Assembly: GCA_023259135.1 (NCBI GenBank)
Contig: JAHFQX010000004.1
Coordinates: forward strand, 645-64,644
Source: Betaproteobacteria bacterium
Lineage (GTDB): Bacteria > Pseudomonadota > Gammaproteobacteria > Burkholderiales > JAHFQX01
Length of the DNA stretch: 64,000 nucleotides
Direction: 5' to 3'
Part shown: one piece after another, positions 57,840 to 64,000 of the stretch
How the letters are laid out: each line of letters opens with the position of its first letter
Numbering within the stretch: position 1 is the stretch's first letter
The notes under the pieces: model-generated
Told to the model about the DNA's origin: nothing
The model's input: the letters and a program-made list of their open reading frames with translations, nothing else
Database searches by the model: none
Made by a program: the position numbers and the translations under genes

Positions 57840-60371
57840 TTATCCTTGGCCTTGGGGGGGGAGCGTGGCGGCGCAGTGCCGCAACGCTTGGGCCAATTCG
57901 CCGCCGGTCTGGTAGCGCTGCCCGGGATCCTTGGCCAGCGCTTTGTCGATGATCTGGGCCACGCAAGGAGGCGTATCGGGATGCAACTGGCGAATGTCGG
58001 GATGGGGTTCGTTGGCGATCTTGAACATCAATTGCGCCATGGAATCTCCCTGGAACGGGAGTTGCCCGCAGGTCAATTGATATAAAGTCACCCCCAGAGA
58101 GAACAGGTCGGAACTCCCCCCCACCTTCTTGCCGGAAAGCTGTTCGGGAGACATGTAGGAGGGGGTGCCCAGCACCATGCCGGTCTTGGTTTTGCTGGAA
58201 TCGGTGATGCGGGCGATGCCGAAGTCGGTGACCTTGACGGCGTCGCCGGCGGCTTCATACATGATGTTGGCTGGCTTGATATCCCGATGCACGACGTTCA
58301 AACCATGGGCATAATCCAGGGCATCGGCGACCCGGGCGACGATGCTCAGCACCACGGGCAGCGACAGCAGTTGGCCCGGCTTGGTATGGGGCGCCAAATC
58401 GTGGCCTTTGAGGAACTCCATGGCGATGTAGGCGAGATCGTGCTCCTCGCCGGCATCGAAGATCGTCACGATATTGGGATGGTTAAGACGGCCGGCGGTT
58501 TCGGCTTCGCGGAAAAAGCGGCTTTTCGCTTCTTCCAATTCGTCGGCCTCGAATTCCTGGGATAGGGCCATGGTTTTGATGGCCACCACCCGCCCGATTT
58601 TCGGGTCCTTGCCGAGATACACCACTCCCATGGCCCCCTTGCCCAATTCCTTCTCCACTTGATAGCGCCCCAGCATGGGTTTTTCCACCGCGCCGCTTTC
58701 AGGGGTCAGGATGCTGGCGTTGGAGCGGGGGTTGCTGCCTCCCAGAATCACCGTTTCGGCCATGGCCTTGGCGCGGGACAGGCGTTGCTCCAAATCCCGG
58801 AATTTGGGGTTGTGGTCCGACATGTAGCGGAATACCGCCTCGGCTTTGTTGAATTGCCGCTTGCGCTCGAAGTCCAAGGCCAGATTGTAGAGGCTGTCCA
58901 GTAGCGTGTCGTCCACCGGGCATTTGCGGAATTTGTCGAAGGCCATGTCCAACTGGCCCTGCCCCTGAAAAGCGAGACCCAGCATCCGGTTGCTTTCCGC
59001 CGAGTCTGCGTCGGACTTGAGCTTGCCGCGCTCGGTCACCAAGAAGCGCTTGGTGGTCAGCACCAGGTGGCCGACGACCAGTAAGGTGGCGGGAACCATC
59101 AGTTGCAGCCACATGAGCTGGGTCGCCAGCAAGGAGAACTGGGCCGCCAACACGGCGATCAACAATGCCGCGGTGAGGGCCGCGCCGGCGCCGGCCTGCA
59201 AGCGGGGCAGCAGCAGGATGATGTAGAGCGCCACCAGTAGAAAGGCGGCTTTCTCCGCCCAAACCGCCCACGCCGGAGCGGTGACGAAATCGCCCTTGAG
59301 AATGCTGGAGACCGCGTGGGCCAGAGTCAGTACCGGGGCCATCGCCGGAGAGACGGGGGTGACCATGTGGGTACCGATGCCGGTGGCGGTGGCGCCGACG
59401 AGGACGATTTTATCCCGGTATTTTTCGGGGGCGATTTTTCCCGTATAGACGTCGTAAAAAGAATCCACCTGGAACGCGGGCCGTCCTTCCGAGCCGCGGT
59501 AATAATAGGTATACATCTGGGAGTAGGGGTCGGTGGCGATCTTGATCTGGCCCAAGGCCACTTCTTCTCCCAGCCGCACCCGCAGGTCTTGCGTGTCCAG
59601 GTTGGCGGCTTTGGCCGCCAGCATGAGGGACAGGGAGGGAAAATACTGGTTGTAGTACCGGACCAACAGGGGTTCGCTGCGCACCGCGCCGTCCACGTCG
59701 GGAATCGCGTTGACGTGGCCCAGCCCGGCGGCCTGCTGTCCCAATGCTTCCAAGGGATAGAGGATGGACGTGGCCGGCGGGGGAAGCAAGCCGTTGGCGA
59801 TGGCCCCCCCGGGGTCGGCAACCTGGGTCGCGGCGCGGCTTGCCACCCAGCCGGGCAAGGGGCGGTCCGGGTTGCCCGCGGGCTCTCCCAGGCGAAATTG
59901 CATTGCCATCAAAACGCGCCCGGAACGGCTCAGGGATTCGGCCAGTTTGCGGTCAGTGTTGAGAGTCTGCTCCGCTTCCTGAAGGGTGCTGCCGAATTCG
60001 CCGTTGGGGTGCGGGGCGGCCTCTTGCAGGGCCATCAGCCGATTGATGTAGGCCAATCCCCGGTCGACTTCCGGTTCGGAATAGAGCACCGTCAACCCGA
60101 TCGCCTTGGCTTGAGCGGCGGACAGCAGATCCACCATTTTGGCCTGGATGTCCCGGGGCCAGGGCCACCGGCCGAGGTTGGCGATGCTGGGGTCGTCGAT
60201 GGCGATGACCGCCACCTGGGGGCTGGGCTGCCGTTGGGACAGGCCAATGCCGATATCGTAGGCTTTGCGTTCCAGGCTCTGCAGCAGATCGGTTCCCGAG
60301 GTCAGCAGCAACACCAGGGAAAGGATCACTCCCGCGAACCAGTCGGTTTTCCAAAAGCCGGTCTTGCCCAT
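57840..60371 (-). CDS. CHASE2-domain membrane Ser/Thr protein kinase
   Basis: CHASE2 (IDDPS..GRWPWPR), 3 TM, TPR-like linker, GKGAMGVVY, VAIK, HRDIKPAN, DFG, GTPSYMSPE. Confidence 0.92.
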   Translation of the reverse strand: MGKTGFWKTDWFAGVILSLVLLLTSGTDLLQSLERKAYDIGIGLSQRQPSPQVAVIAIDDPSIANLGRWPWPRDIQAKMVDLLSAAQAKAIGLTVLYSEPEVDRGLAYINRLMALQEAAPHPNGEFGSTLQEAEQTLNTDRKLAESLSRSGRVLMAMQFRLGEPAGNPDRPLPGWVASRAATQVADPGGAIANGLLPPPATSILYPLEALGQQAAGLGHVNAIPDVDGAVRSEPLLVRYYNQYFPSLSLMLAAKAANLDTQDLRVRLGEEVALGQIKIATDPYSQMYTYYYRGSEGRPAFQVDSFYDVYTGKIAPEKYRDKIVLVGATATGIGTHMVTPVSPAMAPVLTLAHAVSSILKGDFVTAPAWAVWAEKAAFLLVALYIILLLPRLQAGAGAALTAALLIAVLAAQFSLLATQLMWLQLMVPATLLVVGHLVLTTKRFLVTERGKLKSDADSAESNRMLGLAFQGQGQLDMAFDKFRKCPVDDTLLDSLYNLALDFERKRQFNKAEAVFRYMSDHNPKFRDLEQRLSRAKAMAETVILGGSNPRSNASILTPESGAVEKPMLGRYQVEKELGKGAMGVVYLGKDPKIGRVVAIKTMALSQEFEADELEEAKSRFFREAETAGRLNHPNIVTIFDAGEEHDLAYIAMEFLKGHDLAPHTKPGQLLSLPVVLSIVARVADALDYAHGLNVVHRDIKPANIMYEAAGDAVKVTDFGIARITDSSKTKTGMVLGTPSYMSPEQLSGKKVGGSSDLFSLGVTLYQLTCGQLPFQGDSMAQLMFKIANEPHPDIRQLHPDTPPCVAQIIDKALAKDPGQRYQTGGELAQALRHCAATLPPQGQG

Positions 60372-60510
60372 TTTCCTCGTCCGTTCCCCGCTACCGACCG
60401 ATCCGCGCCGGTTGCCGCTTATTCTAAAACATTACCGAAAAAGCTGTTGATTTTTTTAAGAAAGCGCTATGACGTCCAGGTTCCGGATGTGTTGGGATGG
60501 AAAAGCGGGG

Positions 60511-60939
60511 TTATTTCACCAAAAGCACCGGGACGTCGGAGAAATGGATGACCTTGGTCGCGACCGAGCCCAAGACCGCGTTCGCCACGGCACCCATGCC
60601 CCGGGTGCCTATGACGATCTGTTGGCATTGCTGGTCCTTGGCGTACCGGGCGATGGTTTCCGGCACCTCGCCCACGCCGATGTGGAAAACGTAAGATACT
60701 CCGGCGGCGTCCAGTAAATCCCGCGCCGATTTCAGTCCGGCGAGCCCTTCGTCATGGTAGTAGCGCTGAATTTCCTCGTGGCCGATGAATTTTTTCACCG
60801 CTCCGGAGGCGATGGGCCACTGCACGTTGAGCAGATGGATTTCCAAGGGTTCCTTGTAGAGGCCCGTTTTCCGTATCAGAAACTCCACCGCCCGGTCGGA
60901 ATTGGCGGAACCGTCCACCGGCACCAAGACTTTCAGCAT
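60511..60939 (-). CDS. Universal stress protein
   Basis: VLVPVDGS, IVIGTRGMG, LGSVATKVI, PVLLVK. Confidence 0.92.
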   Translation of the reverse strand: MLKVLVPVDGSANSDRAVEFLIRKTGLYKEPLEIHLLNVQWPIASGAVKKFIGHEEIQRYYHDEGLAGLKSARDLLDAAGVSYVFHIGVGEVPETIARYAKDQQCQQIVIGTRGMGAVANAVLGSVATKVIHFSDVPVLLVK

Positions 60940-60960
60940 GGCATGCTCCTTATGGGTGAG

Positions 60961-61713
60961 CTAGACGGACGCCTGATTCTTGCGGGGAGCGCCGGGCTGC
61001 TCTTCCGCCGTGGCCAGATCCGCCGGATGTTCCTTTGCCGTTGGGGATGCGGCCCGGGAGGCCAGCCACTTGCCCATCGCCACCACCGCCAACGCGCCGG
61101 CGATGGGTACCGCCGTGTGCAGGAACGGTCCTTGGGCGGACACCCACGCGGCGATGGCCGGGTCCGTGATCAGCATCTCTCCGGCCACGTAGCCCAGCAG
61201 CGCGGCCCCCAAGGTGATGATGATGGGGAAGCGATCCATCAGCCGCAAGATAACGGTGCTGCCGAAGATTATGAGGGGAATGCTGATGGCCAGCCCGATC
61301 ACCAGCAGCAGCAAACTACCCTTGGCGGCGGCGGCGACTCCCAGTACGTTGTCGAGACTCATCACCAGGTCGGCGATCAGAATGGTGCGGATGGCGGCCA
61401 GCATATTTCCGCTGGCCGACATGTGGCCGTCCTCGCTCTCCGGCAGCAACAGTTGAATGCCGATCCACAGCAGCAGCACGCTGCCGACGATCTTGAGGTA
61501 GGGCAGGGAGAGCAAGCTCACCGCCACCACGGTGAGCACGATCCGCATCACGATGGCGGCGGCGCTGCCCCACAACACGGCTTGGCGGCGCTGGGCGGGG
61601 GGCAGGGAGTGGGCGGCCAGGGCGATGACGACGGCGTTGTCACCGCTCAATATGATGTTGATCCCGATGATTTGCATGAGCCCAATCCAGAATTCGGGAG
61701 ATACGGGATTCAC
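60961..61713 (-). CDS. TerC family (YjbE-like) membrane protein
   Basis: GTG after AGGAGG; LSGDNAVVIALA and ADLVMSLDNV. Confidence 0.9.
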   Translation of the reverse strand: MNPVSPEFWIGLMQIIGINIILSGDNAVVIALAAHSLPPAQRRQAVLWGSAAAIVMRIVLTVVAVSLLSLPYLKIVGSVLLLWIGIQLLLPESEDGHMSASGNMLAAIRTILIADLVMSLDNVLGVAAAAKGSLLLLVIGLAISIPLIIFGSTVILRLMDRFPIIITLGAALLGYVAGEMLITDPAIAAWVSAQGPFLHTAVPIAGALAVVAMGKWLASRAASPTAKEHPADLATAEEQPGAPRKNQASV

Positions 61714-61791
61714 TTGAGTCCTCCTAACGGCTGATTCGAGATTCTTGTCAAAAGACGGCCACCCGCCTCGGGGCCCGGAAATCTGGGGTGC

Positions 61792-61820
61792 ATCATAGGG
61801 GCACCCGGCGGACGCCGCAA
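61792..61820 (-). promoter_or_regulatory. Candidate sigma70 promoter for terC-usp
   Basis: Minus strand TTGCGG-N17-TATGAT in the hemJ-terC gap. Confidence 0.4.
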
Positions 61821-61838
61821 GGGTTCGGTATCCAGACA

Positions 61839-62252
61839 TCAAAACGGCTTCACCACCGCCAGTATCACGATGCCGATCAGCATGAGCACCGGAAACTCGT
61901 TGAGCCAGCGATAATACCCCTGCCCGTGACGATTGCGATCCCGCTTGAAATCCAGCAGCAATTTGCCGCAATAGCCGTGATAGGCCAGCAAAATTCCCAC
62001 CAGCGCCAGCTTGGCATACAGCCAGCCGCCCGCCATGCCGTATCCCAGCCAGAGCCACAAACCGAAAGCGAGGGTGAGGACCGCCCCCGGCGTCATGATG
62101 CCGAGGAACAGCTTGCGCTCCATGATCTTGAAGCGCTCGATCCCCGCCGCATCCTCGGTCATGGCGTGGTAGACGAACAAGCGGGGCAGATAAAACAGCC
62201 CGGCGAACCAGGTGACCATGAACACGATATGCAACGCTTTGACCCACGGCAT
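61839..62252 (-). CDS. hemJ: Protoporphyrinogen oxidase HemJ
   Basis: KALHIVFMVTWFAGLFYLPRLFVYH, MERKL, RWLNEFP, VVKPF. Confidence 0.92.
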   Translation of the reverse strand: MPWVKALHIVFMVTWFAGLFYLPRLFVYHAMTEDAAGIERFKIMERKLFLGIMTPGAVLTLAFGLWLWLGYGMAGGWLYAKLALVGILLAYHGYCGKLLLDFKRDRNRHGQGYYRWLNEFPVLMLIGIVILAVVKPF

Positions 62253-62294
62253 GGCGGCTATTCCCTCATCCTGGGGCGGCGCGGGCGGGAAAAT

Positions 62295-62900
62295 TCAACG
62301 GCACGCATCGCCCACGATCCGCTTGAGTTCCACCAGATAGCCATGGAAGAAATGCCCGGCTCCGGGCAGCACCACCACCGGCAGCTTTTGCGGCCGGGCC
62401 CAGTCCAGCACATCCGCCAAGGGCACCACGTCGTCCTGCTCGCCGTGGATCACCAAAGTCCCCGCGGGGACGGTCCCCACCTGGAAGCGATTGACCGCCG
62501 CTCCCACCAGCACCAGTTTTTTGGCCCCGGTGCGCTCGGCCACCCGGGTCTGGACAAAGGAGCCGAAGGAAAAGCCGGCCAGCGTTACCGGAATGTCTCC
62601 CAGTTCCCGGCGGCAGAATTCCAGCACCGCCACGGCATCGTCGGTTTCGCCGCGACCTTCGTCATGGCTACCCTCGCTGCGGCCGACGCCGCGAAAATTG
62701 AAGCGGATGGCGGCGTAGCCCAATCCGACAAAAGCCTTCGCCAGGGTTTGCACCACCTTGTTGTCCATGGCGCCGCCATACAGCGGGTGGGGATGGGCGA
62801 CCAGGGCGATGCCCCGGGGCGGCTCGCCGGGCAGGCTCCAGGCGGTTTCGATTTGCCCGGCGGGGCCGGGCACCAGGCGCTCGATGGTTCGCGGATTCAA
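62295..62900 (-). CDS. Alpha/beta hydrolase
   Basis: HPHPLYGG, RFNFRGVG, GFSFG nucleophile, HGEQDD, GHFFHG. Confidence 0.9.
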   Translation of the reverse strand: MNPRTIERLVPGPAGQIETAWSLPGEPPRGIALVAHPHPLYGGAMDNKVVQTLAKAFVGLGYAAIRFNFRGVGRSEGSHDEGRGETDDAVAVLEFCRRELGDIPVTLAGFSFGSFVQTRVAERTGAKKLVLVGAAVNRFQVGTVPAGTLVIHGEQDDVVPLADVLDWARPQKLPVVVLPGAGHFFHGYLVELKRIVGDACR

Positions 62901-63205
62901 ATTCGCAACCGCTCCACCACGCGGCCATGAACCAGATGCTCGTCGATGATCTCGTCAATGTCTTCTTGATCGATGTAGGTGTACCAGACCGCCTCCGGAT
63001 ACACCACCAGCAGGGGGCCCTCGGCGCAGCGGTCCAGGCACCCGGCGGAATTGATGCGGACCTTGCCGGCCCCGTTCAAGTCCAGCGCTTTGAGGCGTTG
63101 CTTGGCGCGCTCCCGCATGGCCTCGGCATTGTGTTGGCCGCAGCACTGCACTCCCGGCTCGCGCTGGTTGAGGCAAAAAAAGACGTGCCGCTGATAGTGG
63201 CTCAT
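62897..63205 (-). CDS. Thioredoxin-like [2Fe-2S] ferredoxin
   Basis: HVFFCLNQR...CC...GCLDRCAEGP..VVYPEAVWY. Confidence 0.92.
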   Translation of the reverse strand: MSHYQRHVFFCLNQREPGVQCCGQHNAEAMRERAKQRLKALDLNGAGKVRINSAGCLDRCAEGPLLVVYPEAVWYTYIDQEDIDEIIDEHLVHGRVVERLRI

Positions 63206-63274
63206 AAGACTCTCCCAAAGACTGCTTGGATTATCCTAAATTCGACGATTGGATGGGAAAAATCCGTCCAGGCT

Positions 63275-64000
63275 TCAGAGCGCCATCCCCAACCGGGTGC
63301 CTTCGCGAATGGCATAAAGGGCATCCAGTTCCGCGGCTTTCTCGGCGCCGCCGATGAGAGCGGGCTTCGCTCCCAGGCCCACCAGCTCGTCGTAAAGCTC
63401 CCGGCTGGACTCCTGGCCGGCGCAAACCACCACCGTGTCCACCGCCAGCATTTTGCGCTCGCCGTTGACAGTGTAGTGCAAGCCCTCGTCGTCGATTTTG
63501 TCGTAGCTCGCGCCGCCGATCATCTCCACCTGATGCCGCTGCAGGCGGGTCTTGAGCACCCAGCCGGTGGTCAGTCCCAGGGTGCCGCCGGGGCGGCCGG
63601 TTTTCCGTTGCAGCATGGTGATCTTGCGGGGGGAGGGCAGCGGAGTGTGCAATATTCCCGGCAGCAGGCCGCCCTGGGTGCGATTTTCGGTATCCACGCC
63701 CCATTCCCGCAGGAAAGCGGCGATGCGCCGCCCTTCCGGAACGGGCTCGATGCACAACATTTCGGCCACGTCGTAGCCGATGCCGCCCATGCCGATGATG
63801 GCCACCCGCTTTCCGACCGGCTTGGCTCCGGTGATGGCTTCGGCGTAGGAGATCACCTTGGGGTGGCGGATGCCGGGAATGTCCGGAATCCGGGGAACGA
63901 CCCCGGTGGCGACCACCACTTGATCGTAACCGCCGGAGGCCAGCTCGGCGGCGCCGGGCCGGGTGTTAAGCTTGATGTTGACCCCCAAGCGCGGCAGCCG
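63275..64000 (-). CDS. fadH: NADPH-dependent 2,4-dienoyl-CoA reductase, 3' part; runs off window end
   Basis: ATGVVPR, VAIIGMGGIGYDVAE, LQRK..LGLTTGW, CAGQES, ELDALYAI. Confidence 0.88.
   Translation of the reverse strand, partial: RLPRLGVNIKLNTRPGAAELASGGYDQVVVATGVVPRIPDIPGIRHPKVISYAEAITGAKPVGKRVAIIGMGGIGYDVAEMLCIEPVPEGRRIAAFLREWGVDTENRTQGGLLPGILHTPLPSPRKITMLQRKTGRPGGTLGLTTGWVLKTRLQRHQVEMIGGASYDKIDDEGLHYTVNGERKMLAVDTVVVCAGQESSRELYDELVGLGAKPALIGGAEKAAELDALYAIREGTRLGMAL

Noticed and set aside
56324-60371. Kinase-PP2C-FHA trio as part of a type VI secretion locus
   Set aside because: No tss, hcp, vgrG or tag genes in the window; the neighbours are cyclase and pilus genes
61714-61838. yybP-ykoY Mn riboswitch upstream of the TerC gene
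   Set aside because: The expected GGGGAGUAGC and GAGACC consensus segments are not visible

Overview
GC-rich betaproteobacterial chromosome segment (gene order and content resemble sulfur-oxidising Nitrosomonadales/Rhodocyclales/Burkholderiales; the exact taxon cannot be determined). About 60 CDSs; no rRNA, tRNA, CRISPR array or transposase was seen. The left third is housekeeping: fdxA, aceEF, nadD-rsfS-rlmH-maf-rng, tim44-ubiB and pilC-pilD-coaE-zapD-yacG with no pilB upstream. The middle holds a Ser/Thr kinase fused to a cNMP-binding domain, an acyl-CoA operon with a PhlAB-like fusion plus a PhlC-like thiolase, cytochromes c and c', a degenerate toxin-antitoxin-like pair, yeeE-soxB and a split MacAB transporter. 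The main candidate novel system is a 20-kb run of 13 co-directional minus-strand genes (40040-60371): CHASE2 Ser/Thr kinase, PP2C, twin-FHA protein, CHASE2 adenylate cyclase, class II cAMP phosphodiesterase, GAF-PilB-like ATPase, GAF-HD-GYP, three TPR glycosyltransferases, a sigma54-driven pilA, a small accessory gene and a TMTC-like membrane glycosyltransferase. It looks like a cAMP- and phosphothreonine-controlled, glycosylated type IV pilus module. All calls are from motif recognition by eye; no database search was run, so novelty is unverified.
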